Positions 39,301 through 51,487 of a stretch of 64,000 nucleotides of DNA are shown here, piece after piece. How positions within the stretch are numbered: position 1 is the first letter of the stretch; every line of letters begins with the position of its first letter. Location: contig JASANG010003810.1 in assembly GCA_030248215.1 (NCBI GenBank), positions 62,001 through 126,000 of the forward strand, written 5' to 3'. Source of the stretch: Enoplolaimus lenunculus. Lineage: Eukaryota. The position numbers were made by a program, and so were the translations under genes. The notes under the pieces were generated by a model, which saw only the letters and a list, made by a program, of their open reading frames with translations, was not told the origin of the DNA and did no database searches.

Positions 39301-42300
39301 TTTTAATATTTTTTATGTAATTTGTCTTATCTTGGTCACGAATTTCATTTGTTTAGTACACTGTAAATTTCAGTGAGTCGATTTCAACTCAGAATGAGTT
39401 TAATCTACTCAGGGGTCTGAGCTTTGAATTGAATCTTTCAGAACTCACAACTCTGAATTGATTTAACTCATTCTGAGTTAAATGATCAACTCACCCAGAA
39501 TTAAAATAAGCTCAGAGTGAGTTAATGTTTACTGTTGTTCACTCAGAAATGACCAAAAAGAACTAATTCTCTCTCTGAGTTGATTACTCAACAATGCAAA
39601 ATTGACAGTGTACAGTTTTTGACTGAATTTATCAAACGGCTGAAAATAAATATTCGATAAACGATGTAAATTTAGATATTCAATTTGCCGAAAACAATTT
39701 TCAGCTTAATACTTTTGAGCTTAAATTTCAAACCCAAAAGGAAATTCATCTTCCAATTATTACCCGTATGCTTGGCCTATAAGGGCTAGCCTGCCTTACG
39801 AGGCGGCCAATCCCACTTCCGATCTGAAAGCAGAGAGGGGTCAGTGGAGCTCAGCGCATCCTGAAAAATTTTCAACCTTGCTTCTAAGTCATCAAAAACG
39901 TTTGTATGCCCTCCTGAAAGAACTCTTAGTCCCCTAGCAAGGTGAGCTGGCTATATAAGCCTGATTTGAACCCGACCTACTCAACCAGTCGACTCCAAGG
40001 CGATAGTTCAAATATTAATCTCTGATCAGTCGTATACGTAGGTATATATCCGAGCTAAGGCTGGTTCGACTGGAACAGCCCCCAAAATCTGCGAAATTTG
40101 ACTTTTCTTGACGATGACGCCAAATTTAGCGCATATACTGCAACTGTCACAAACGGTTGCGAAGTCGAAAAATACTTAATTTTAATGCTACCCATCCTAC
40201 ACTGTAAATTTCAATGAGTTGAATAATCAATTCAGCTAGTGAGTTTAGTTCTTTCTGAGTCCATAACTATAAGCATTAGCTGACTCTGAGTTGAGTTGAT
40301 TTTCACTGTCAGTTGATTTGATTCTGCACGTGTTGATCAATTAAAACTCAGATTGAGTAGAATCAGCACACAATTTTGAGTTCGGATAGTCCTCATTCAA
40401 ACTGAGTGATTGAACTCATTTTGAGTTAAAATCAACTCACTGGAATTTGCAGTGTAAAAGGATTATTTTTTGAATTGGTAGAGAAATTATGACATTAAAT
40501 TTTGTTTTAAGTTTTAAATTTTAAAACGTAGCAACAAAAACATCTCTACTGCATTTGTCGTTTGCAGTGTCTATTTCTAGCATAATCCCAAAAAAGTTAA
40601 ACCGATGCTTTCTCTTTGTATATGCAGAGGGTTTTTAAGCTACACTGTAAATTCCAGTGAGTTGATTTTAACTCAGACTGAGTTGAATCCGCGCATTAAG
40701 CCTGAGCTGTGAATTAGGTCTTTCACAACTCTCAATTCTGAATTGATTGAACTCATTCTGAGATAATTTATCAAGCAGCCTGGAATTAACTCAACTCAGA
40801 GCGAGTTGATGTATTGTGTTAATAAGTCAGAAATACCTAGAAATGACTGATTCGCTCTCTGAGTCGACGAAATTAACTCATCGCAATTTACAGTGTAAAT
40901 ATTGAATAGCAACCGAACGAAGAATTTAAAATTTCTACAACGGAAACGGACACTGAGTTTTACCGGAACCGGATATTCGGTTGCACCCGCAGGTATTTAC
41001 CGGTTTTCATTGTGTGTGTGTGTGCGTGTGTGTGTGCGTTTGCGTCTTTTGCGGAAATGCCATTTCAATATTACAGTAATTGTGTGTCGTGCGTATTTTT
41101 CAAACTTTTTCTCTTATTTGCGGTGTAAAAGTTGCTCGTTTGCTGTTTGTATAAGATTTCAAGGGTTCCGGTCAACGCCTAAACTCCCTATCCGTAACAA
41201 ATTAAACTGTTTGAAAATTAATGTAATTTTGGATAATGTATTTTTAAAGGCGTTAAACTTTACCTAAACCTATTCCTGTAAGCATACACCTAAAAGTCAG
41301 CGAAAAAAAGTAACTGACCCTTAGCCGAAACGCAAAAAATTTTGTCTAATGCATAGACCTAAACGGAAATAGTGTAAAATCTAAGTTTGATACACGCCGA
41401 GAAGTATTAACATGTTCCCAGAACTAAAAAGATAACAAAATTACAGACCTACCCTAGATATTGTCAAGGACCCTGATTCTTATAGTTTGACGTGTGACTT
41501 CTAGAGTTCCTCAGCGGTTTAGTTTACCAAGCTAGCGGTATGCTCTACTGTAGGTGCAGCCAGGGGTTTTTAGATAACCACACCATTATTATATATACCA
41601 GCGGGTCCAGAGGGGGGCATACACCCCCCATCAGAAATTTTTTGTGTTAAAATGGTAAGGTCCCTCCCTACCTTACAATTTTTCCCTCAGAAAATTTTTT
41701 GTAAAAAATTTTCCCGCACAATGTTTTGTGATAAAATGGTAAGGTCCCTCTACCTTTACAATTTTTCGCCCTCAGAAAATTTTTTTGGTGATAAAATGAT
41801 AAGGTTCGTACCTTACAATTTCTGTGTTTCATAACATTTGTCAGCCCTCCCCCCGTTAGAAATTTTTGGATCCGCCTCTGTATATATAAATATATACAAT
41901 ATCTATAAACCATTTTCTCTAAGCCAACATATGATTATTAACTGAAACAGAAAACGCATATTGAAGTATAAAAGTTTGTTTGAGAGATGTTAAATTTTTC
42001 TGCCAGCATAATGTAGACATGCCAATATTCAGCGAGATTTGATTTTCAAATTTGAAACAAACTTTTCTATGTTTTAGTTGAATTTCGTTATTTTTATTTC
42101 ATATCGAACACTTGCAACTTATCTGTGATGTGAAATTGCTCGACTTAAACACGATTAAAAAGTTTTTAAGCCATCAAAATAACGCAATTTTCGGTATTTC
42201 TATAACGGAAATAGACGCAGGTTTTTACCGTGTAACGACTACAGATATCCGATTACACCCTGCTTAAACGCACAGAACTGGCAAAGACGATGAAACGCGT

Positions 42301-45300
42301 GTGGTGTCTAAAGCTTTGGGACATACAGAGAGACTTTTAGTAATAAAATGCTAGGGTACCTTACCTTACAATTTTTCGCTGCTAACGTCATATGTTAGCA
42401 TACAACAAAAATTGCGTTTCATAACATTTGCCGGCTCGCCCCCTTCGTCAGAAATTTCTGCATCCACCGCTGGAGGTTTGACCCTCAGTAAAAAAATCAT
42501 GCTGAAGCTCATCGAACAAAATTTATCAGTGAAAATTTTTTAGTACTTTGCGTCGAAACACGCCTAATTATGCAATTTACAACATTCGACACCAGACCGT
42601 CCACGCTGGAGTGACCGATGATTAGATCGACAAAATAGATAGCGTATTGATTCGAGATTTGCAATTTCTGTAAATATGTCAAGCTTTCGTTAATAATCAA
42701 AACTAGTCGTTCAACTTTGTGCATTGCGCAAAAGTGTTAGCGAATGCAAAAAATCTGTATGCAAATTTTGTAATCATAGCGCAATTGCGTTTATGTAAGT
42801 ACTATGAAACTACTGTAAATAATGTATGTTGGAAACTTGCCCAAAATACGTATGTGGAGTATTCCAGCTTTAATATATAGATGAACGAAACCGGTTTCTA
42901 AAAAATGTTTATAAAAAATTTTGTTTCTGACGCTCGCATGTGCGTTGCGGTGCTGTTTTTATATATTTAAAATTTTGCCATCAGTTATTTATACTTTGAA
43001 ATTTTTTGTTTACCTAAAGAAGCGTGTCAAACTAGGGTCTTGACCCTAGAAGTTATGTAATTGTTGGATGCCCTTAGGGGTCATCTAGGTGTTGGATATC
43101 CTTAGGTCTAATCTATGTGTTGGATATCCTTAGGAGTTATCTGGCTGTTGGATACTTTTAGGGGTCGTCTAGGGGTTGCATTTGGATATCCTTAGGGGTC
43201 ATCTAGGTGTTGGATACTTTTAGGGGTCATCTAGGGGTTGCATTTGGATATCCTTAGGGGTCATCTAGGTGTTGGATACTTTTAGGGGTCATCTAGGGGT
43301 TGCATTTGGATATCCTTGGGGGTCATCTAGGTGTTGGATACTTTTAGGGGTCATCTAGGGGTTGTATTTGGATATCCTTAGGGGTCATCTAGGTGTTGGA
43401 TACTTTTAGTGGTCATCTAGGGGTGCATTTGGATATCCTTAGGGGTCATCTAAGTGCTTGATATCCTTAGGGGTGATCCAGGTGTTGGATATCCTTAGGT
43501 CTAATCTATGTGTTGGATTTGGATATCCTTACGGGTCGTCTAAGTGTTGGATGTCTCTAGAGGTCACCTAGGTATGATCAACACTAAATTTTTGTTTTGG
43601 AATTTAATACTAAAATTGCGTCTGGTTTTTTGTGAGCGTCAAGCAATAAACCATCGTTTATGCTATCGGATCCATTGGCAGGATGGTGCTGGAACTAGAC
43701 GAAGGTGATAGGCGTCGTTGAAACGGTACGACGGTCCCTACGGTACAAATTTATGCTTTTCGCTACTAAAATTGTGTTTGGCTTGTAGCTCGCGTCGCTC
43801 GCGTTTTTCAAAATTTTTAGTTCGCTACCCACCAGTTTGAACTTTCTGCATCCGTCATCGTGGGATGGAGCCACAGCTATTTGGTACCATACTGATGGGT
43901 GGTTGAGTTCTTTGCTGCGCTTCCGGTACACTGAAACCGGATCGCATCTTAGCTTCGTTTCCACGTGTGAAAATTTTGATTGCAGGTGCAATTTTTAAGA
44001 CCTTCGAAAATTTTTTAAACAAAACAAACACGTATTTTTAGCGGAAACTTTGGCAGAATTTCAGTACAAAAGTATTATTATTGTTTTGATAGTTGCTGAC
44101 TGCAACAGTCATTCGAGTCTAAAGTCAAGAAATGATAAATTTCCTGATTCTTCTTTAAATTTGTAATTAAAGATCAGTTATGGAAAATAGACAAATTCCG
44201 AATACAATGCAAACCTTTACAATCAAACACAGTTGCCCAGCTTTACAGGGCAGGGCGTAGCTACTTGGGCGTAGCCAAAGCGAAAGATTAGGGCTAAAAA
44301 CAGTTTTTTTTTACATTTCTGTGCAGAGGTTTTTAGATTTTTTGGTAATACGAAACCTAATTTGAGGTTTTGATAAAAAGTATAATTTCTCTATTTTCAA
44401 AATCAAGACTACGACGTTGCGTACCGAAGTATTACTTCAAATAAGAGGGAAGACTGATATTTATTTTGTTTTTCGAGAAGGAACATTTTGTTGCGCGGTT
44501 ACGGACTGTTATTTATTTTTAATTCATTCCATGTTAGTTGGTTCCAGCACCCGTCTTTTTTACAAATTTTGGGCAGAACTGACTTGCTCAGAAGTATTTT
44601 TGTCAATTACCGTCTGCGGTTATTTTAATTTCTGAACAAAGTTTATGCGGTTTGCTAAGCATCTGTTACAGATTTGTGCAGTCTGGGCTGTTCTTCTGCT
44701 TTTGTCTCGGTTTTGGACTATAATTATTAAGATAGATAGACTTTATCCACTACCGTATTCTATTTAAGAATACAGCCACTCATTGATTGGACTAAAAATG
44801 GGAACAAAGCTCTCACTGACCAATCACAACATGGCATGACTTTGTACCAGCGACCAGGCATATTTTGAAACTCTACTGCAGGTTCGAAGCCATTCCAAAC
44901 AGGAACCAAAAAGCATGCAGAAATTTCACCGTAATTTTCAACGGAGCCAAATTGGTTGGAAAAAGCTACAATATCCCAGCTCTCATTGGTTGCGAACCTG
45001 CAGGAATACAGCAGTAAATTGTAATTTACTATTATGCCTCGTTTAACGTAGCCATGATTTCGGTTTAGAAATGGCCAAATCTTTTGTGCTGATTTGCCAG
45101 TAAAATTCTCTGCTTGAAAAAACAAGTATATGATAACTTGGCCAATGTAAAGAACAGGCCCGTAACAGTAATATAAGCATATTCCTAAGCCTAAAGCCTA
45201 AGCTTAAGCGTAAGAATAAGAATGAGCATATTCCTAAGCCTAAGCCTAAGCCAAGCAAAAAATTAGTCTGAAGCTTAAACTTACTTTTTCCTAGTCCCAC

Positions 45301-46447
45301 AGAAAAACGTTCCGCCCCTGACCTTTACATGGGCCGCTTAAGCCTAAGCCTAAGCTTATGATCCTAAGCCTAAGTGTAATGCCTAAGCAAACAAATAGTC
45401 TAAAACTTAAGCTTACTTTATTGCAGTCGCATAGAAAAACGTTCCGCCCCTAATCTTTACATGAGCCGATAATTTTAAGTGCTAAAATTTCCTTTATCAA
45501 CGATGTAATGTATCCGTATATAGTATTACGAACATTAATACTTTAATATTAATAAAAAAAAACTTCGTTTTTCAAATGAAATACCAGCATTTTTGACAAG
45601 ATATTAAGCAAACTTTAACTGTTCGATCTTAGAATATTAAAAGTACTAAAGTTTACAGCAGAAACCTATTTTGTGGTGAAATGTCACAATTTAGCAAAAT
45701 TTTAAACATTTAAAAATAATACCAACATTTCAAACAATTTGTTTTGCATATTTTAGACTTCAACAAATTTACTATCCCGGTTCGACATTTTCGCTCGCAG
45801 CCTCGCCAAATACAGCTGCAACAGCAAATTTAGCCTTGCTTTCTGCAACACAGGGCGGAGCTTTGAACGGCATAAACGGAACGACTCCTAACGCCGCTGT
45901 CGCCGCCGCTCTTGGCCTGAACACTGGCGCAGGTGTTCAGCCACCGTTGTCGCCACTAGGCCAGACAGCGGCAGCAGCAGCTGCAAGCGTGAACAGCAAT
46001 AGTAGTGCGAACAGTAGCGTAAGCGCAAGTAACAACAGCCCATCATCGCTGTTGTCAGTTGTCGATTACGCTGCTGCAGCACAAAATATTGCTGCGTACA
46101 ATAACGCTGCAGCTGCTGCAGTATCGCAAGCGCAACTTGCAGCTGCAGTGGCAGCTGCAGGATATCCGCAGTCGGTTTCCGCTGGAACGGCCGCAGATCC
46201 TACAACTGCAGCTGCAATTTATTCGCAATCGCTTATGGCTGCGGTTGCGCAGCAACAAGCAGTTGCAGCGGCAAATCCGTACGCAGCTGCGTATCAAACT
46301 TCGACTGCAATTAGCAATCCGGGTGCGATTGCAAGTCCTGCAGCTGCAGTTTCACAACAGCATTTGCCGTCCGCTGCTCAGTTAAACGCGTATCAGCAAG
46401 CGGCCGCACTGTCCGCAGCTGCGAATGAATCTGGACGCGGCGTTTAG
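33380..46447 (+). CDS. sup-12: RBM24/RBM38/SUP-12-family RRM RNA-binding protein (muscle splicing regulator), 375 aa
   Basis: Exons 33380-33625, 34002-34128, 36059-36122, 45757-46447 with canonical GT-AG junctions and matching phases. The [90 protein letters not shown] is diagnostic of RBM24/38/SUP-12. Ala-rich low-complexity C-terminus. Confidence 0.95.
34506..34755. mobile_element. CACTGTAAA-ended MITE family, about 250 bp, usually TA-flanked
   Basis: TA|CACTGTAAATTCCA...TGGAATTTACAGTG|TA with TGAGTT/AACTCA sub-repeats. Other copies 22856-23091, 38475-38700, 39359-39610, 40200-40454, 40643-40895, 48563-48810, 49873-50112, 50503-51393 (interrupted), 53458-53681. Confidence 0.88.
35266..35947. 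mobile_element. TA-flanked MITE with a nested unclassified repeat of about 480 bp (35335-35812; second copy 2192-2691)
   Basis: TIR TGCGGGGTTCACGTTATAACCGGG / CCCGGTTATAACGTGAACCCCGCA. The nested segment aligns by eye to 2192-2691 and is rich in ATATCATATGATAT palindromes. Confidence 0.8.
41599..41880. mobile_element. GCGGATCCA-ended MITE family
   Basis: CAGCGGGTCCAGAGGGGGG...TTTGGATCCGCCTCTG with internal GATAAAATGGTAAGGTCC..ACCTTACAATTTT repeats. Relatives at about 1360-1510, 3596-3779, 12138-12374, 42350-42472. Confidence 0.7.
43060..43575. repeat. Higher-order minisatellite (62 bp = 28+34) with TTAGGGG/CTAGGGG tracts
   Basis: Unit CTTAGGGGTCATCTAGGTGTTGGATACTTTTAGGGGTCATCTAGGGGTTGCATTTGGATATC. 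Confidence 0.93.
44666..45116 (-). CDS. Possible small nested antisense gene in sup-12 intron 3
   Basis: Non-repetitive 121-codon ORF (44760-45125) with a donor GTCAGT after 44821. Splicing to 44717-44666 gives ...[26 protein letters not shown]. No homology recognised. Confidence 0.22.
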
Positions 46448-46742
46448 CTCTGTGCTGGCTAAATTCGTTCAGGTATCTGATGTTTTATGGGGGAGAATTA
46501 AAGATGCTATTAACACTGATAATATTGTTCCAAGGTAGTGACGTGGCAACAAGATAATGAAAGCTTGAACAAATATTGGAAGGTTAAAAAGTCGCATTTC
46601 TTTGACGTTTAAAGCATGAAAATCATCGGGGAACCTAACAGGACGGATTATTCAAGTGTTCTGGAGATATTATGCGATTGTTTTGTGTTTCATATTGATA
46701 TATAAACATACCTATGTACTTGACTAGTCACTATCTACGAAT

Positions 46743-46748
46743 AATAAA
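46743..46748 (+). promoter_or_regulatory. Candidate polyadenylation signal for sup-12
   Basis: AATAAA about 300 nt after the stop codon, immediately before the low-complexity tract. Confidence 0.35.
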
Positions 46749-47310
46749 AACAAAACCTGACACGGAAGGGGGGGTGGAAAAGCCAAAAAGTGGAAATGCG
46801 TTGAGGCAAAACGAACAGAAAATGAAACTGGCAAGGAATACGGTTTGGAGAGATGGAAATGAGAGACTATGAAATATGAAATTGAAGAAAACAGAAATGA
46901 GAATGGAATAGCAAAATTTATGAATGGAAACATCGGCAGTGACAAAACGTGGAAATGGGAAAAGCCGAATTGTACAAATTCTGCATGAGCCGCAAACTCG
47001 AGAAGTACAAAATCGAACGCAAAATGTGGACACGAAAAATAGAAAGTGAATATGAAACGAATGCAGATAGAAATAAGAAAATAACAAAATACGAATAAAA
47101 AAGCTAAAATGTGTTAATGGAAAACAAGTGGCAAATATGAATAGTGGAAATAGTAGGAATGCGACAAAAACGCACAAAACGTGGAAACAAAATTGCGAGA
47201 AACGAACGTGAAAACGGAAACGGGCAACCGACGATAGAGTTTAATAATCGGAATTGAAAAATAGAAAAAAACGCAAAATAAATTAAAAAAAGCAAAAATT
47301 GTAGAAAAAC

Positions 47311-47745
47311 GAAATGGTGAAAATACAAATTCGAAAAATGGAAATGGTGAAAATGCAAATTCGAAAAATGGAAATGGTGAAAATGCAAATTCGAAAAATG
47401 GAAATGGTGAAAATGGAAATTCGAAAAATGGAAATGGTGAAAATGCAAATTCGAAAAATGGAAATGGTGAAAATGCAAATTCGAAAAATAGAAATGGTGA
47501 AAATGCAAGTCCGAAAAATGGAAATGGTGAAAATGCAAATTCGAAAAATAGAAATGGTGAAATTGCAAATTCGAAAAATGGAAATGGTGAAAATGCAATT
47601 TCGAAAAACGGAAATGGTGACAATGCAAATGCGAAAAATGGAAATGGTGAAAATGCAAATTCGAAAAATGGAAATGGTGAAATTGCAAATTCGAAAACTG
47701 GAAATGGTGAAAATGCAAATTCGAAAAATGGAAATTGTCAAATCT
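47311..47745. repeat. 30-bp minisatellite, about 14 copies, preceded by an A/G-rich degenerate tract (about 46745-47310)
   Basis: Unit GAAATGGTGAAAATGCAAATTCGAAAAATG. Confidence 0.95.
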
Positions 47746-49251
47746 GAGAATATATAAGGATGAGCCATGGCGATTATGTTGTTATGTTTACTCAACTTTT
47801 TATGCCATCAAAAGTATATTGTGAAAGTCAAATGTTTAGACATATGTCATTTATGTATATTTTGTGTTGTTTATTGTTGAAAAACGTACTGAATAACGGG
47901 CTCAGTTGCAACCAATGGTAGCAGGTGAAGGAACAAGGGCGCGTCACCTCACAAAGTTGAGCCTGACATGCCCTCCTGCAAACAAAAAATTCGGCCAATG
48001 TTACTTTGAGGGGCACAAAATTTTTCGTGGTACCATAACAACTTAAACTTAAGCTTGGTGAACAGGCTGAATATCTTTAATATTCTGAGGCAAGATAGAC
48101 TGAGGAATATGTTTATACTGCTGTTTCGCCTCTCAAAGTATTATAAACATTGGCCAACAGAAATTTTAAAATGGTTTTACCTAATTTAACGCTTGCCAGA
48201 ACATTTACATCAAAGCGCAGCCGTTAATTCTAACAAACAAAGGTTTCAGAGCATTATAGGTACTTTAAAATAGATACTTTCCAAAACTTCCACACATTCT
48301 AAGAAACCTAATGGTCATTTAGTTTAAAAGTAGTCGGAATGAAAATATTACTTAGTCATAAAGAAAATTTTAAGCCTAAGTCTCATCAAAAACTAAACAT
48401 TGGGTAATGGCTAAATACCAAACGGTTTGAAACAGATATGAAAGTTTTCTGAATACGTATAGAACATGCGGGTATAGATATCCTTAACAACTGAATCCTA
48501 TGGGATTAATCTTCTTTTCTTACGTCTAAAGCTACTTTTGTATATTACTTTATCAGTACGTACACTGTAAATGTCAGTGAGTTGATTTTAATTTAGAATG
48601 AGTTCAATTAGTCAGTCTGAGTTAGGACTATCAGAACTCAGAATTTTGAGTTGGTTCAATTGATTCTGAGTTAATCAACTCATCCAGAGTTAACTCAACT
48701 CTGAGTGAGAATCAACTCAACTCAGAGTGTGTTAAAGTTTAGTGATATTAATTGAGAAATGACCAACTCGCTAGCTGAATTGATTAATCAACTCATTGAA
48801 ATTTACTGTGATATTTTGTGGCCTTTAATATAGAAATCATATATGTCGCCGCAAAAATTGCTACGCTGGTTATTTTGCTACATTGCGTTTGAGTTTATAG
48901 CAAAATATCCCGCTTAGCAATTTGCGTTGATATTTTATACGTTGTTTTGATTTTATCATGAGTTGTTCTGGTCGTGGTTGTACAGCCGATTTATAATTTA
49001 TTAAATAACATAAGCACAAATGTAAACATAGGTCCATGTAAAGTTCAGGGGCGGAACGTTTTTCTGCGTGACTGAAATTGAGTAAGCTTAAGCTTCAGTC
49101 TAATTTTTCGCCTAGACTTTAGGCTTACGATTAGCTCATTGTTACGCTTACGCTTACGCTTGACAATATGCTCATACTACAGTTATCACCCTGTTCTATA
49201 CATTGGTCGTAAACATTTAAGATGACGAGAAGTAAAAAATATACCAGTATA

Positions 49252-49460
49252 CACTGCAAAAATGGTCAGTTAATTTGACTATCTCCAAAACAGGCTTTTC
49301 GGGACTATACAAATTGAGTCAAAATTCGACTCCGCCAGAGTCAAGTTCATTTGACTGAGTCGAACGTTTGACGCTGGCGGAGTGGAATTTTACTCAGAAT
49401 GTGTAGTCCAGAAAAACCTATTTCGTAGAGAATCGATTTGACTCATCATTTTTTGCAGTG
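49252..49460. mobile_element. CACTGCAAAA-ended foldback MITE family, about 210 bp
   Basis: Near-palindromic with GAGTCAA/TTGACTC sub-repeats. Other copies 25787-26008, 28330-28552, 36499-36711, 51752-51958, partial 9540-9648. Confidence 0.88.
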
Positions 49461-50642
49461 TACGAGAACAATTAGCTCATACATGGGGATGAAGTCGTAA
49501 ATTTTTAATTGGGTATCTATAACTTTATTATATATTGTAAAGAAAATTGACATATCAAAGTGATACGTAACAGTAATCATATCTTGATTTGCTTAATTTT
49601 AAGAAAACTTAAATGTCATCTTAAGCTGTTCGTGTAAAAATAAGCTTAATTTCAAGAAGAAATTACTGAAAAATTATATACTTAACGCTTGCAATTTCTG
49701 AATTATATATTCCATTTTATGCATTTTTTGTTTTCATAATGTATAACCGCTAGATGTTGGGTATGTATACATTGAAGAAGCCACAAGACCCCCGCAACGA
49801 GTGGTTTTTAGGCGAAATACGGTGGCTAAAAGAACAATAAATCGAAACCTGGTAAAACTTTGTGGACGTTTACACTGTAAATTCTAATGAGTTGATTAAT
49901 CAACTCAGCTGAAATGTTAGTTGTTTCTGAATTAACAACACTAAACATTAACTCACTCTCAATTGAGTTGATTCTTACTCTAAGTTCAGTTGATTCCGGG
50001 TGAACTCAAAGTGAGTTTTATTGACTCAGAATTCTGAGTTCTGAAAATATTAACTCAGACTGAGTGTATCTACTCATTCTGAGTTGAAATCAATTCACTG
50101 GGATTTACAGTGTAGCTAAAGCAAAGACGCGGAAACCAAAAGGTGTCAGGAAAGTTACCCAAAATCGTATTTAAGTGCCATTGTCTGTTCCAGTCAAAAT
50201 TTCACCTCAAAAACTGACAAAATTGGAAAGTTTTCAAGTGTTTTGCTTAATTTTTTGCAGTAGCCAAACAGGGACAAATTTTATAGATTAGCTACGATAT
50301 TTGGCTTAAAACGAAAAACACACAAGAAATTCAGCCGATTCAAAAACTTTGGTATAACTCCGGAGGTTTAAGTTAAAGTTATGCTATTGACCATAGTCGT
50401 AAATCTCAGCTATACGTTAGCCTTAAGTTTCATAATATTCACGTTATCATTCATAATTATAATACTCATAATTGTATTTATCAACACAAAATGATTTGTG
50501 TGCACTGTAAATTCTGATGAGTTGATTACTCAACTCAGAAAGAGAATGAGTTATTTCTGCTTATTTATATACATATATATATTTATATATAAATATATAT
50601 TTATATAAATATATATAAATCTATATATAAATCTATATATAA

Positions 50643-50711
<69 letters not shown>

Positions 50712-50864
50712 GATATACTTATATATCTACGTCTTTCATATCTATATTTTATTGTTTTAGTATAATTGTGTAAATGCTATAAAGTTTATTCAAAAAACGT
50801 TGACTTCTTTTCCGCGAAACTCTATGTCTGCCTGCCCGTGTTTATAGAAAAAGCTAAAAATTTC

Positions 50865-51040
50865 GGCCAATGAAATGACCAGGACCGTAACAGCAGTTCA
50901 AGCATATTCCTAAGCCTAAGGCTCGTAACAATGAGCTTATACCTCAGCCCAAGCTAAAAAAATAGTCTGAAACTTTTAAGCTTGCTCTGTTTCTCAGTGC
51001 AACGAAAAAACCTTCCGCCCCTGATCTTTATACGTGGGCC
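50865..51040. mobile_element. TTAGGC-carrying MITE, subfamily A
   Basis: GGCC termini, 8-bp TSD AAAATTTC. Confidence 0.85.
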
Positions 51041-51487
51041 AAAATTTCCAGTTTTTTTAAATTCTGGAACAAAATTTTGAATATCAAGCTAATCTGTATA
51101 ATGAGGGAAATTATTGGTTTTAATACTTACATGTTCTTTGTATGATTGCATTAATAAATATATATTGCATTCAACAGTATAATTATTATGTATATGTCCA
51201 TATAATATATTAAAATTGCAACAGTAGACATATATCGACAAGAGTTTGCAACATTTTTAACCTTCAGGTATATGAGATATCGGCCAGTGTATACATGAGA
51301 ATCGGACCGTTTTCAACAAGAGCTAAAGCCTTCATTCAGAAATAACCAACTCGCCAGCTGAATTGATTAATCAACTCATTGGAATTTACAGTGCATCGTG
51401 AGCTTCTGATGAACAATTTGCATCGCAATATTGTCAACATCATAAGGCATCGGTTTAAGAGTCGCGTCCCGTACAGTCGGCATTTTT

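Noticed and set aside
45888..46385. Alternative-frame and antisense ORFs over the last sup-12 exon
   Set aside because: Shadows of the GCN-rich Ala-coding frame.
47104..47795. Long ORFs in several frames (His/Phe-rich, MEMVKMQIRK repeats)
   Set aside because: Artefact of a stop-free 30-bp satellite; no splice context or homology.
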